A stretch of DNA of 64,000 nucleotides from Squalus acanthias (GCA_030390025.1 JASTWF010000033.1:6512001-6576000); one strand, 5' to 3'. Counted from the first letter of the stretch, positions 11,700 to 24,999 are shown. Numbers and translations: made by a program. The notes: generated by a model not told the origin, from the sequence alone.

Positions 11700-13075
11700 C
11701 TTCTTCACTATCAACAACGGTCATTTTTTGTATCATCTGCAAACTTCTTAATCATGGCCTCAACATTGAAGTATAAATCATTGATATATACCACAAAAAA
11801 GTGAGGGGACCTGGTACTGACTCCTGTGGAACCCAACTGGTAACAACCTTCCAATCACAAAAACACCCGTCGATCATTGCCCTTTGCTTCCTGCCACTGA
11901 ACCAATTTTGGATCCTACTTGCCACTCTATCGTGGATCCCATGGACATTTATATTTTTGACTAACTTGCCATGCGGTACCTTGCCAAAGGCCTTGCTAAT
12001 ATCTATTTGGACGACATCAAATACACTACCCACATCGGCCTTCCTCGGTAAATTCAATCAAGTTACTCAGACACGATCTTCCCTTAACAAATCCATGCTC
12101 ACTGTCCTTGATTAATCCGTGCCTTTCTAAATGCCAATGTATACTGCCCCTCAGAATTATTCCAATATACTTCCACCACCAAGGTTAGGCTGACTGGCCT
12201 GTAATTGGCCTATCTATTTCTCCCTCTTTAAACAACGGTACAACGTTAGCAGTTCTCCAGTCCTCTGGCACCAGTAGCCGGACAGGAATAGTAAATGATA
12301 GTCTGAGCCTCCGCTATTTACTCCATTGCCTCTCCTAACAGCCTGAGATACACTTCTTCTGGGCCTCGTGATTTATCTGCTTTCAAAGATGCTAAAACCT
12401 TAATATTTGCTCTCTCACTATGTTTAACTCATCTAATATTTTACACTCCTCCTACTTAACTGCAATGTCTGCATCATCCCTTCTGCTGTGAAGACAGATG
12501 CAACGTATTTATTAAGAACCATACTCATGTCTTCCGCCGCCACACACAGGTTACCTTTTTGGCCTCTAATAGGCCCTAATCTTTCCTTAGTTGTCCTTTT
12601 GCTCTTTATGTATTCATAAAATATCTTTGGGTTTTCCATGATTTTACTTTCCAATATTTTTTCATGTTCTCCCTTTGCTTTCCCAAATACCTTTTTAATT
12701 TCAACCCTGCACTTTCTCTACTCCTGTAGGCTTTCTGTAGTATTGAGCTTTCGATGTCTGACAAAAGCTTCCCTTTTTTTAAATAAGAGCAGGAGTAGAC
12801 CATACAGCCCCTTGAGCCTGCTCTGCTCTCTGTCCCTTGAAATGCAAGGGGATCTAGATTTGGGTGAACAACCCTTTTTATTTGTGGGAGCATATTTTCT
12901 CTGGACCCTACCTATCACCTCGTTGAATTCTTCCCACTGCACTGACGTTGATTTACCTTCAAGCAGCTGTTTCCAGTCCACATTTGTAAAATCACATCTC
13001 AGCTTAGTAAAATTAGCCTTTCGCCAATTGAGAACTTTTAAGCCTTGTCTATTTTTGTCGTTTTCAAGACTGGGG
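11700..13075 (-). mobile_element. CR1 LINE ORF2 fragment (degenerate)
   Basis: Minus-strand DISKAFGKVPH, VPQESVPGP, LNWRKANF, ENPKIFYEYIKSKR. Confidence 0.9.
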
Positions 13076-13079
13076 AATT

Positions 13080-14090
13080 TAATATAGATGTTCAAAATTA
13101 TGATGGGTTTTGATAGAGTAAGAAAGTCTGTTTCTAGTGGCAGAATCTTCAGTACCCGGAGGAAACAAGTTTAAGGTAATCAGCAAATGAACCAGAGGAG
13201 AGATGAAGACAATTTTCTTTATGCAGTGAGATGCTGATATTTGGAATGCACTGACTGAGAACGTGGTGGAAGCAGATTCAATAATATATTTCGACAGGTA
13301 ATTGGATAATTTTTTGAAGGTGAATTTTTTATAGCGCTCTGGCTGTAGAGTAGATCTAATTAGAAAGCACTTTGAAAGAGACAGCACGGACACGTTGGCG
13401 GAATGGCCACCTTCTGGGCTTAGTTGTCCTCTTATTCTTTAAGTAATTATCAAACATGCTTTATTAGTCGTGGCATAGAATACAAGAGCAGGTGCGTTAT
13501 GCTTCAACTGTATAAAACACAAGTTAGGCCTCAGCTAGAGTACTGCGTGCAGTTCTGGTCACCACATTACAGGAAAGATGTGATTGCACTAGAGAGGGTA
13601 CAGAGGAGATTTCCAAGGATGTTACCGGGAGTAGAGAATCTTAGCTATGAGGAAAGACTGGATAGGCTGTGTCAGTTTTCCTTGGAACAGAGGAGGCTGA
13701 GGTGTATAAAATTATGAGGTGTATAAAATTATGAGTGGCATCGATAAAGTGGATAGAAAGGAGCTATTTCACATGGCAGAGGAGTCAAAAACCAGGGGGC
13801 ACAGATTTAAAGTAATTAGTGGAAGGTTTGGGTGGATGCTAGGGAAAATCTATTCATCCAGAGGGTTGTGGGGGTCTAGAACTCGCTGCGTGAAAGGGTG
13901 GTAGAGGCAGGAACCCTAAACACATTTCAACAGTACTTGGTTTTGCACTTGGGATGCTCTAACCTGCAGGGCTACGGACCAAGAGCTGGGAAGTGTGATT
14001 AGCCTGGATAGCTCTTTGTTGGCCGGCGTGGAAATGATGGGCCGAAATGGCCTCCTTCCGTGCTGTAACTTACTGTGATTCTATGATTCT
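13080..14090 (+). mobile_element. Two adjacent CR1 3' fragments (~13080-13425 and ~13450-14090)
   Basis: RPQLEYCVQFWSPHYRKD; 3' UTR GGGCCGAAATGGCCTCCTT; (ATTCTATG) tail. Confidence 0.88.
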
Positions 14091-14129
14091 ATGAACAGGG
14101 AAGGGACAGAAAATGACAAGAACAGTGTC

Positions 14130-15500
14130 CACAAAAAGCAGGACAAATCAGTCAGTGTACTCTCAATCGTCACCAAAGTGATGGAAGGTGTCATCAACAG
14201 TGCTATAAAGCGGCAATTACTTACCAATAACCTACTCACTAATTGCCAGTTTGGGTTCCGCCAAGACTACTCGGCCCCCCACTTCATTACAGCCTTGGTC
14301 CAAACATTGATAAAAGGATATGAATTCCAGAGGTGAGCTGAGAGTGACTGCCCTTGACATCAAGTCAGCATTTGACCGAGTGTGGCATCAAGTAGTCCTA
14401 GTAACACTGAAGTCAATCGGAATCTGGGGGAAAACTTACAACTGGCTACCGTCATACCTAGCACAAAGGAAGATGGTTGTGGTGATTGAAGGTCAATCAT
14501 CACAGCACCATGACATCGCTGCAGGTGTTCCTCAGGGCAGTGACCTAGGTCCAACCATCTTCAGCTGCTTCATCAATGACCTTCCCTCCAACATAAAGTC
14601 AGAAATGGGGATGTTCGCTAATGACTGCACAGTGTTCAGCGCCATTTACAACTCCTCAGATAACGAAGCAGTCCATGGTCGCATGCAACAAGACCTGGAC
14701 GACGTTCAGGCTTGGGCTGATCCGTGGTAGGTGACATTCGCGCCACAGAAGTGCCAAGCAATGACTATTTCCAACAAGAGAGTATCTAACCACTGCCCCT
14801 TGACATTCAACGGCGTAAACCTCGCCGAATCCCCCACCATCAACATCCTGGGATTCAGCATTGATCAGAAACTTAACTGGACCAGCAACATAAATACTGT
14901 GGCAACAAGAGCAGGTCAGAGGCTAAGTATTCTGCGGCGAGTGTCTCACCTCCTCACTCCCCAAAGCCTTTATACCATCTGCAAGGCACAAGTAAGGAGT
15001 GTGATGGAATATTCTCCACTTGTTTGGATGAGTGCAACTCCACCAACACTCAAGAAGCTCGACACCGTGCAGGACAAAGCAGCCCATTTGATGGGCACCC
15101 ATTCACCAAGTGAAACATTCACTCCCACCACCACCGGTGTACCATGTCTGCATAGTGTACCATCTACAAGATGCACTGCATCAACTCGACAAGGCTTCTT
15201 CGGCTGCACCTCCCAAACCCGCGACCTCCAGAAGGATAAGGGCAGCAGGCCCATGGGTACACCACCACCTCCAAGTTCCCCACCAAGTCACACACCATCC
15301 TTACTTAGAAGTATATCGCCTATCCTTCATCGTCATTGGGTCAAAATCTTGGAACTCCCTACCTAACAGCACTGTGGGAGTACCTTCACAACACGGACTG
15401 CAGCGGTTCAAGAAGAAGGCACACCACTACTTTCTCAATGGCAATAGGGATGGGCAATAAATGCTGGCCTTGCCAGAGTAGCCCACAACCCATAAACGAT
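14130..15500 (+). mobile_element. CR1/L2-superclade LINE 3' fragment with RT (second family)
   Basis: QFGFRQ, ALDIKSAFDRVWH, GVPQGSDLGP, FANDC, YKAQVRS-like motif. Confidence 0.9.
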
Positions 15501-15939
15501 TTCTTTTTAAACTGCAGTTAAACACGGCTTATAGAATTAATAGCTGGATAGAGAGACTTACCAGGAACAGCAACAGCAGCAAGGAGGGGGTAGTAAATGC
15601 ATTGAATAATCAGAAGTGAGTAATAGATTCGCGTGTCTAATGTTAGATAATCAAAATATTCAGAAAGAAAATCAAACGCCCAGGAAAAACTTTTGCCCAT
15701 TGCGGTAACAATCCAATCTTCTGTTCTCAGATTCCGACTCCCTGTCTGTGGAGCAGCGCGCTGATCCATGTTTTAACCGGAGGTGATGCTTTCACTGACA
15801 CTATGGGATAACACATTGAAAGGAGTCCCTTATTAATAGAAGAGGGAAACCCTGCACTGATACAATTAGGGTCCATGGAGACTGACATTAATTACAGTCG
15901 CTGAACAAACAACTTCAGTTAACCCCTTTCGATCCAACA

Positions 15940-16320
15940 ATCTCTGGACCAAAGTAAAGTTAAACATTTCCCCGGTCCGGATGGGATGTATGGGGTTTGC
16001 TGAGCGAAGGAATGGTGGAGATAGCGCAGGATCTGGCTAAAAGATTTCAATCCTCCTTGTTATGAGAGTGGTGCCAGAGGACTGGAGCGTTGCAAATGTT
16101 ACACCATTTTTTAAAAAGGAGAGAGAGATAAACCTTGTAACTACAGGCAGACAGCCTAACGTCGGTGGTGGGTAAACTTCTAGCGGCCATATTCCCGGGG
16201 AAAATTATCTGTCACTTGGAAAATACGTGAATTATCAGCAAAGATTATTTTAAAGTCAGAGTTTTTCTGACAAACTTGATTGAGTTCTTTGATGAAGTAG
16301 CGGAGAGGGTTGATGAGTTG
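15940..16320 (+). mobile_element. Degenerate CR1 RT fragment
   Basis: GTGCCAGAGGACTGGAGCGTTGCAAATGTTACACC (VPEDWSVANVTP); TNLIEFFDE. Confidence 0.8.
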
Positions 16321-17094
16321 ATGTCTTAAAACAAACATTTGTTTGTTCACTTGAGTAGTCTTATGGTTATAATCATTTTATTCTTTAGCTTCAGCATCAA
16401 AAGCAATTTACGAGCAGAGTATAGTCACAAATAGATCACACCAACCTAGGCATGGAATTTTCTGTGCTACCTGAAAAATGTATAATGCTTACAATAATAC
16501 ACTGTTTTCTTATCAAACTATAACAGACATTGACAATTATGGGCGTCGCTGGCTACTGCATTTTCTTCAACATACATCAACAACGTCAGAAGAACATAAA
16601 AACATTGTGGCCTTTGTGCTACCCTGGTCTCTTTCTAAGCCTAACATAACATGTCTAATCTACATTTTATGGAAATATCCAAGGCCGCTTGGTTGTGAAC
16701 ACCGGCTGTTGCGGAGTGAAATCTCTCGCTCTCTCTCCCTCTCTCTCCAATAATGCAAACCACATTTTCCCAATATCGAATGAACTAAACATGAACAACT
16801 TTCAGAAGCTGAAGTCCATATGTCATCATTTTCTCCCCGATGGGTTACCTCTTAGCAACGTGTTTGATATCCTTCTTTGTCTTTAATATTTCTGGCTTCC
16901 TCTTAGTGCCCTTGCTATCACCTTACCTTTCCGTATATTTTCTATCACCCTCATTGATTTCCTCACACGACATAATGCAATGGCCAGGATCCCTAATGCT
17001 ATTATCTGAGGTATCACCAATCCCATCTGAAATAATTTAACCCATGTGTGTGACGCCACACAATTCAGGATTTCCTAGAGTCTTAATTTCCTAT

Positions 17095-17500
17095 TCTATT
17101 TTCTCTTGAAAAAAGAAGGCTGATGAGTGATTTAACAGAGGTCTTTACATTTATGACAAATTTAGATAGTGTGGATACAGAGAGAATATTTCCACTTGTG
17201 GGGAAGAGCATAATTAGAGTCCATCAATATAAGGTAGTCAATAAGGAATTCAGAAGAAGATTCTTTATCCAAAGAGTGGTGTGAAAGAAGAAATCTATAC
17301 CACAGGGAATGGTTGAAGCAAATATTAAAGATGCATTTAAGGGGAGGCTAGACAAGCATATGAGGGAACAGGGAATAGAGGGTTATGCCGATAGATTAAG
17401 ATGAGGAAAGGAGGGAGGAGGCTTGTGTGGAGCATTCATGCTGGCATGGACTGGTTGCGACGAATGGCTTGTTTCTGTATATCTTATGTAATCCTTAATG
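17095..17500 (+). mobile_element. Degenerate CR1 3' end
   Basis: Remnants of the FFxQRVV and FKGRLDKHM motifs plus the CR1 3' UTR. Confidence 0.75.
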
Positions 17501-17539
17501 TTTATTATGTTGCAAAATATGTGAAGTTCTCCTTCCATA

Positions 17540-20035
17540 GATTATAATCTCCATTGTGTGAGTTTGTCGGTCTGCAGATTATGGATTTCAAACTGAGGGC
17601 TCGGTGGTGCCTATAATGTCCATTGTGTGAGGTACATTTTCTGCAGATTATGGATCTCAAAATGAGGGCTGGAGGGGATCTATAATGTCCATTGTGCGAG
17701 GTTCTCGTTCTGTAGATTATAGATTTCAAACTGAGGGCTGGAGGGGATCTATAATGTCCGTTGTGCGAGGTCCCTATTCTGTAGATTATGGATTTCAAAC
17801 TGAGAGATAGAGGGGATCTATAATGTCCGTTGTGCGAGGTCCCCATTCTGTAGATTATGGATTTCAAACTGAGAGATATAGGGGATCTATAATGTCCATT
17901 GTCTGAGGTTCTCGTTCTATTGATTATAGATTTCAAACTGAGCGCTTGAGGGAGTCTATAATGTCCATCGTGTGAGGTTCTCGTTCTGTAGTTTATAGAT
18001 TTCAAACTCAGGGCTGGAGGGGGGTCTGTAATGTCCATTGTGTGAGGTACTCGTTCTGTAGATTATAGATTTCAAACTGACGATTCGAGGGGGCCTATAA
18101 TGTTTAATGTCTGAGGTACTCTTTCAGTAGATTATGGATTTAAACTGAGCGCTATTGCGGGTCGATAATGTCCATTGTGCGAGGTTCTCGTTCTGTATAT
18201 TATAGATTTAAAACTCAGGGCCAGAGGGGATCTACAATATCCATTGTGTGAGGATCACGTTCTGTAGATTCTAGATTTGAAACTGAGCACTAGAGGGGGT
18301 TTATAATCTGCATTTTGTGAGGTACTCGTTCTGTAGATTATATATTTCAAACTGAGTGCTAGAGGGAGTCTATAATGTCCATTGTGTAAGGTACTCTTTC
18401 TGTAGATTATAGATAACAAACTGAGGGCTAGATGGGGTCTATAATGTCCAGTGTCTGAGGTTCTCGTTCTATAGATTATAGATTTCAAACTGAGGGCTAT
18501 TGGGGTTTATAATGTCCATTGCGTGAAGTGCTCGTGCAGTAGATTGTATATTTCAAACTGAGGGGTAGAGGGGGTCTATAATGTCCATTGTGTCAGGTCC
18601 TCCTTCTGTAGATTATAGATTTCAAACTGAGAGTTGGAAGGGATCTACTATGTCCATTATGTGAGGTCCTCCTTCTGTAGATTATAGATTTCAAACTCTG
18701 GTCTAGAGGGGGTCTATAATGTCCATTTTGTGAGGTCCTCGTTCTGCTGATTATAGATTTCAAACTGCGGGCTAGAGAGGGGATATTGGGCCAAAAATTC
18801 ATCCAGGTGCGCGAGAGTATGCACTGCGTACTCTCGCGTATTCCCTCTGCAATTGCCGGTTTTCTGCATGCCCTGCGCATGCGCTGAAAACCGGCAACTG
18901 GTCTTTTGAAAAGGGGGGCTTTCCTCGGTGCATCGCGTGCGCGCTACAGGCTGCACGCACGCTGTGCACTTCATGCTTTGGACGCGCAGGTAAGTACGGA
19001 AGATTTTAGAAATGGAAAAAGGAGGAGTAAGACCCACTTTTAACAAGGTAAGTAGTGAATTAAGTATTTTTTTGAATTTTTTTTAACAGGTATATCTTTT
19101 TTAGAGACTTTAAAGACAGTTAAGTTTATTTTTATAACTTTTTAAAAGATTTTAAATTTTTTCAAAAATTTAATTTTTTATTTAAAATGGTTAATTTATT
19201 TAACTATACTTATTTTATTAATGTGATGGGTTTTTTTTAAATTTAATTGAGGTTTAGCTGTTATTTTGGGGGGGTGTAAGATTCATAGATTTCACAGTAC
19301 GTAAGTGAAACTTATGAAAGGAAGATGGTGTGCTGCCATTGGCTCTAACTGAGTCACGTGATCCCACAGCTCGCACGAATTCACTACGCCGGTGGGATAC
19401 GCAAGCACTGCCCGGCTGATGTCTAGAACATCAAGTTCGTGCGAGCTGGATGTGAAAAAGCACAAGCGGAGTGAGAGTCCGCGGGGAAGGCTTACCCCCG
19501 CGGGAACAGATCGAGATCAATTTCTGGGCCATTATGTCCACTGTGTGAGTTTCCCGTTCCGTAGATTACGGATTTAAAACTGAGGGCTAGAGGGGGTCTA
19601 TAATGTCAATTGGGTGAGGTCCTCGTTCTGTAGATTATAGATTTGAAACTCAGGGCTACAGGCGGGATTTAATGTCCATTGTGTGAGGTTCTCGTTCTGT
19701 AGATTATAGATTTCAAACTCAGGGCTACAGGCGGGATTTAATGTCCATTGTGTGAGGTTCTCGTTCTGTAGATTATAGATTTCAAACTCAGGGCTACAGG
19801 CGGGATTTAATGTCCATTGTGTGAGGTTCTCGTTCTGTAGATTATAGATTTCAAACTCAGGGCTACAGGCGGGATTTAATGTCCATTGTGTGAGGTTCTC
19901 GTTCTGTAGATTATAGATTTCAAACTCAGGGCTACAGGCGGGATTTAATGTCCATTGTGTGAGGTTCTCGTTCTGTAGATTACGGATTTCAAACTGAAGG
20001 CTAGAGGCGTGATATAATGTCCATTGTGTGAGGTT
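17540..20035. repeat. 69-bp tandem repeat, interrupted by a MITE
   Basis: Unit AATGTCCATTGTGTGAGGTTCTCGTTCTGTAGATTATAGATTTCAAACT...; period 69 (19681/19750). Confidence 0.96.
18788..19530. mobile_element. Non-autonomous PIF/Harbinger-type MITE
   Basis: Imperfect TIRs GGGCCAAAAATTCATC / GATCAATTTCTGGGCC flanked by ATT on both sides. A related copy lies at 35079-36359. Confidence 0.8.
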
Positions 20036-20044
20036 TCTTGAATC

Positions 20045-20595
20045 GTCTCATTCTCTAACACCTCTTCACTTCTAATTGGGGCACATTATGATGTTTTGGC
20101 GGCAACAATATTTTATCACTGGTTTGGATTTTTCCCAGCTGGAAACACACAGAAACAGTGTTCCGGTCTGGGCCAACTTGTTAATCCAACAATCATAAAA
20201 GCGGCTGCGGTGGTCACACAGTATCTTTCCTTGCCTTTGTATGCTATATTAGTGCGGCTCCATTCCCAGAGTCTTTGACTCATCTCACAATTGAATGATT
20301 CCTCATCAATAATAAACCCGGAGGCTGGAGTTGAATGTTATGTACCACATCACACCTACAAACTCAAGTGGTCCCGTTTAGGCTGAAGCGCTCTATGTCC
20401 GGTGCTATGCAAGTTTTGGCGTTCTTTATCAGCTGGCTTGGGTATTCTTCATCTTGTTTATGTATCGGCCCTATTACAGAGTCTTTACCGACTACGATAG
20501 ATCTTACTATCCAGTACACTTCCCAAGGTTGACTCCCAATCTTTGCTGACAAGTGTAGTACCAGTATAAGCGGTATGAATTCCTCGTCCATCCTC
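20045..20595 (-). pseudogene. env: Isolated env fragment of the same F-like family
   Basis: Minus-strand AYKGKERYCVTT aligns to VYKEQGIYSWTT of the element B env. VGKDSVI aligns to FLKDSVL and NGTT to GRTT, in the same order. Confidence 0.55.
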
Positions 20596-20599
20596 TCAT

Positions 20600-21980
20600 G
20601 TTTTATTCGTTCATAGGGTGCGGGTGTCGCCGGCAAGGCCAGCATTTATTGCCCATCCCTAATTGCCCATGACAAGTTGGTGGTGAGCCGCCTTCTTCAA
20701 ACGCTGCAGTCCGTGTGGTGAAGGTACTCCCTCAGTGCTGTTAGGTAGGGAGTTCCAGGTCTTTGACCCAGCGACGATGAAGGATCAGAGTTATACTTCC
20801 AAGTCAGAATGATGGGTAACTTGGAGGCGAACTTGGAGGTGATGATTTTCCCATGTGCCTGCTGCCCTTATACTCCCAGGCGGTAGCAGGTCGCAGGTTT
20901 GGGAAGTGCTGCTGAAGAAGCCTTGGCGAGTTGCTCCAGTGCATCTTGTAGATGGTACACTGCAGAGGTAGGCTAGTGGTGGGGGGAGTGAATTGTTAAG
21001 GTGGTGGATTGGGTGCCAATCAAGTGGGCTGCTTTGTCTTGAATGGTGTCGAGCTTCTGAGTGTTGTTAAAACTTTACTAATCCAGGCAAGTGGAGAATA
21101 TTCCATCACACTCCTTACTTGTGCCTTGTAGATGCTGGAAAGTCTTTGGGGAGACAGGATGTGAGACACTCGCCGCAGAATACCAGCTTCTGACCTGCTC
21201 TTGTTGCCACAGCATTTATGTGGCTGGTCCAGTTAAATTTCTTGTCAATGGTGACCCCCAGGATATTGATGGTGGAGGATTAGTTGATGATAATGCCGTT
21301 GAATATCAAAGCGTGGTGGGTAGATGTTCGCTTGTTGGAGATAGTAATCGACTGGCAATTGTGTGGCGTGAATATTACCTGCCACTTATCAGCTCAATCC
21401 TGAATGTCTTTCAGCTCTTGTTGCATGACGGCATGGACTGCTTTATTATCTGACGAGTTGTGAATGGCGCTGAACACTGTGCAGTCAACAGCGAATATTC
21501 CCATTTCTGACCTTATGAAGGAGGGAATAATCATTTGTGGAGCAGCTGAAGATGGTTGGGCCTAGCACACTTCCCTAAGGAACTCCTGCATCGATGTCCT
21601 GAGGCTGTGATGATTGACCTTCAACCGCCACAGCCATCTTCCTTTGTGCCAGGTATGACTCCAGCCAGTGGAGCGTTTCCCCCCCCCCGATTCCCATTGA
21701 CTTCAGTTTTACTCGAGCTCCTAGATGCCACACTCGGTCAAATGCTGCCTGGATGTCAAAGGCAGTCACTCTCACGTCTGGAATTCAGCTCTTTTGTCCA
21801 TGTTTGGATCAAGGTTGTAGTGAGGTCTGGAGCCGAATGGTCCTGGTGGAACCCAAACCTGGCACCAGTGAGCAGGTTATTGGTGAGTAAGTGCCGTTTG
21901 ATAGCACTGTCGACAAAACCTTCCATCACTTTGCTGATGGTTGAGATAATACTGATATAGCGGTAATTGGCAAGATTGGA
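20600..21980 (-). mobile_element. LINE 3' fragment, same family as 14130-15500
   Basis: RVTAFDIQAAFDRVWH; 3' end is the reverse complement of AGGGATGGGCAATAAATGCTGGCCTTGCC. Confidence 0.9.
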
Positions 21981-21984
21981 TTCA

Positions 21985-22770
21985 GAAAATATAGGAGCAG
22001 GAGTAGGCTATTCTGCCCTTCCATCCTGCTCCGCCATTCAATATGATCATGGGCTTGGGGAGAACACGCGTGGAGTACTGTGTGCAGTTTTGGTCTCCTT
22101 ACCTAATAAAAGATATACTTGCCATAGAGGGAGTGCAGCGAAGTTTCACCAGACCGATTCCTGGAATGGCAGGCTGTCGTATGTGGAGAGATTGCGTCGA
22201 CTAGGTCTGTATTCACTAGAGTTTAGAAGAATGAATAGGGATCTCATTGAAACGTATAAAATTCTGACAGGGCCAGACAGACTAGATGCAGAGAGGTTGT
22301 TTCCCCTCTCTGGGAGGTCTTGAACGAGGGGTCACAGTCTCAGGATACGGGACTGAGATGAGGAGAAATTTCTTTACTCAGAGGGTGGTGAACCGGTGAC
22401 ATTCTCTTCCACAGAAGGCTGTGGAGGCCAAGTCACTGAATATATTTAAGAAGGAGATAGATAGATGTCTAGACACAGAAGGCATCCAGGGGTATGGGGA
22501 GAAAGCGGCAATATGCTATTGAGATAGAGGATCAGCCATGATCATATTGAATGGCGGAGCAGGCTCGGAGGGCCGAGTGGCTTACTCCTGCTCCTATGTT
22601 TCTTCTATGTTTCTATGTTCCATAATCGATAGAATTTTGGAAGATGACAACCAATGCAACCACTATTTCCATGTCTACCTCTTTTAGTACTCTGGAATGC
22701 AGATTAGCCGGCCCTGGGGATTTATTACTTTCAGTCCCATTAATGTCTCCAGTCCTGTTGTTTTATTACT
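21985..22770. mobile_element. Mosaic of CR1 fragments (main piece on + at ~22070-22620)
   Basis: LGLYSLEFRRM, RNFFTQRVV and TTCTATGT tail; short minus-strand pieces on each side. Confidence 0.85.
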
Positions 22771-23335
22771 GTGTAAGGTATCTGACCAAGGGCACTGTAT
22801 GTACAGAGCCACTGACTCGGAGCCTTGTAGGTACAGGGTAACTGATCATGGGAATTGTGGGTAAACTCACTGACCCTTGGCATTATGATATGGTCACTTG
22901 CCTGGGTATTGTGGGTACATGACCTATGACCCTAGGCATTGTGGCTAAGGTATCTGTCCAAGAGCACTGTGGGCACAGAGCCATTGACTCTGGGCCTTGT
23001 AGGTACTGGAGAACTGATCTTGGACATTATGCGTATATCGTCTCTAATCCTAGACATTGAGGGTACACATTCGCTGAATCTGGGCATTTTTGTTACAGCA
23101 GTACTGACCCTGGGACTTGTGGGTACATAGTCAGTGACCCTGGGCCTTGTGTGTGCAGGGCTACTGAACCTGGGGAATGTGGGTGCTGTGTCACTGACCC
23201 GGGGCCTTGTGGGTTCCGTGTCACTGACCCTGGGCCCTGTGGGTACAGAATTACACGTTCAGCGCCTTGTGGGAAAAAGGTCATTGAACCTGGGCTTTGT
23301 GGGTAGAGGGTCACTGACCTTGGCGATTCTGGGTA
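22770..23335. repeat. 30-bp minisatellite (TCACTGACCCTGGGCCTTGTGGGTACAGAG-like)
   Basis: TCACTGACCC at 23191 and 23221. Confidence 0.9.
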
Positions 23336-23486
23336 GTTGTTATACTGGGGCAGGAAGTTGTTATAGAGTTCTTCCTATGCCAATAAATCTGTTAAAATTA
23401 TTTTAGTTGATTTTTTTTAGTTCAAGCTTTTCAAGGAGCATTCTAAGGAGCTGCAAAAATGTTTAAAATTGGAGATGTTAAAAAAG

Positions 23487-23558
23487 CTCAGCGTCGGGGA
23501 AATGAAGCCTGGTCTCCCGCGTGACAGGCGGGGATACTCACCACGATACTAACGATGC
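23487..23558 (-). tRNA. tRNA-Asp(GTC), degenerate, probable pseudogene
   Basis: Reverse complement ...TCGTTAGTATCGTGGTGAGTATCCCCGCCTGTCACGCGGGAGACC... matches vertebrate tRNA-Asp. B box and acceptor stem are mutated; T6 run just downstream. Confidence 0.9.
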
Positions 23559-23604
23559 AGATTCTGTCAGTGGAAAAAAATGTCCTGTGAACAGAGTTAG
23601 AAAG

Positions 23605-23850
23605 AGGCAGAATAGACACAGAGAGAAAGAGACAGGGACAAAGAGAGAGACAGACAGGGACAAAGAGAGACGCAGACAGAGACAATGAGTGAGACAGAGA
23701 CAAAGAGTGTGTCAGAGACAAAGAGAGTTACAGATAGAGACAAAGAGAGAGTCAGAGACAAATAGAGACTGATAGAGACCAAGAGAGAGTCAAAGACAAA
23801 GAGAGAGCCAGACAGAGACACGGATAGAGAGAGAGACACACACAGAGCGA
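23605..23850. repeat. (GA/GACA)n microsatellite
   Basis: Visible directly. Confidence 0.9.
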
Positions 23851-23869
23851 GAGCCTCGTTTGACATCTC

Positions 23870-24330
23870 ACAGAGTGGTCCCAGGGATGAGCGACTTCAG
23901 TTATTTGGAGAGACTGGAGAAGCTGGGATTGTTTTCTTCAGAAGGTTAAGAGGAAAGTTAATAGCGGTTTTCAAAGTTACAAGTAGTTTTGATAGAGTCA
24001 ATAAGGAGAAAATGTTTCCATTGGCAGGAGGGTCGGTAACCAGAGGTCACCGATTGAAGATAACCGGCAAAAGAACCAGAGGGGAGATGAAGAGAATTTC
24101 CTTACGAAGCGAGTTGTTGTGATCTGGAATGCGCTGCCTTAAAGGGTGGTGGAGCAGATTCAATAGTAACTTTCAAAAGGGAATTGGATCAATAATTGAA
24201 AAGCAGAAATTTGCAGGGCTGTGGGGAAAGAGCAGGGGAGTGGAACTAATTGCAGAGCTCTCTCAAAGTGATAGCGCAGACTTAATGGGCCGAATGGCCT
24301 CCTTCTCTGGGTATTAAGCTATGATTCGAC
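23870..24330 (+). mobile_element. CR1 3' fragment
   Basis: ERLEKLGLFS-like start, WNALP, GGGCCGAATGGCCTCCTTCT 3' UTR. Confidence 0.85.
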
Positions 24331-24481
24331 CATCTATGTGTCTCTCCACTCCAGTGTCAAAGGTGCAAAGGATTTTAATCCAAATAATAACCCGTGAGAT
24401 TCTGCTTGGATTTTTTTTTAATTATAAAGATTGTATTTTAAATATTACCGAAAACCATAAAATGATAAAAAAATATTCTGA

Positions 24482-24556
24482 TGATCCGTACCGAGATCAA
24501 ATTCCGCGACCTTGGTGTTATTATCACCACTGTCGCAACTACTGAGGTAACCGGCC
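24482..24556 (-). tRNA. tRNA-Ile(AAT), degenerate, probable pseudogene
   Basis: Reverse complement GGCCGGTTACCTCAG...GTGGTGATAATAACACCAAGGTCGCGG...GTACGGATCA matches tRNA-Ile(AAT); T run downstream. Confidence 0.85.
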
Positions 24557-24923
24557 AGGAAGTGCCCATTGGCTGGCTGGGAGCGCAGGCTGGGCGATTG
24601 ATTTGCAGGCTCACACTGGGTGACAGAGTTACTGTTCAAACATTGAACACAGCACATCGCTTAAATATTGTTAACTGTTCCTATGTACAACTAGTGGCAG
24701 AGTGTAAATCGAAAGTAACTGAAAAGGAGCTAAGAAACTTAATTCTGAAAATTATTATCGCACCACCGCTGAACAGTCCCTCCCTCAAACACTGTCCCGG
24801 TCTATTAATGAGCCGCAGTGGGCGGCCGGGTCCGCATCCAGAGGGGGAATCACGCCCATTCGATTGGGAGACGAGCGTTTAGGAGCGGAAAATGTCTACT
24901 CTTATTATGAAGGAGACGTAAAG

Positions 24924-24999
24924 TAACGAAAACCTGGGATTGAACCAAGGATCTTCATGATTTTTCAGTTTAACCCTCTCCCAACTGAACTACTGCGGC
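24924..24999 (-). tRNA. tRNA-Phe(GAA), degenerate, probable pseudogene
   Basis: Reverse complement GCCGCAGTAGTTCAGTTGGGAGAGGGTTAAACTGAAAA...TGGTTCAATCCCAGG. Confidence 0.82.

Noticed and set aside
15500..17090. Apparently unique sequence with short ORFs
   Set aside because: No recognisable domain or supported exon structure; partly CR1.
17505..18880. 23-aa repeat ORFs with His resembling zinc fingers or LRRs
   Set aside because: Product of the 69-bp unit; no C2H2 spacing, and the frames are broken.
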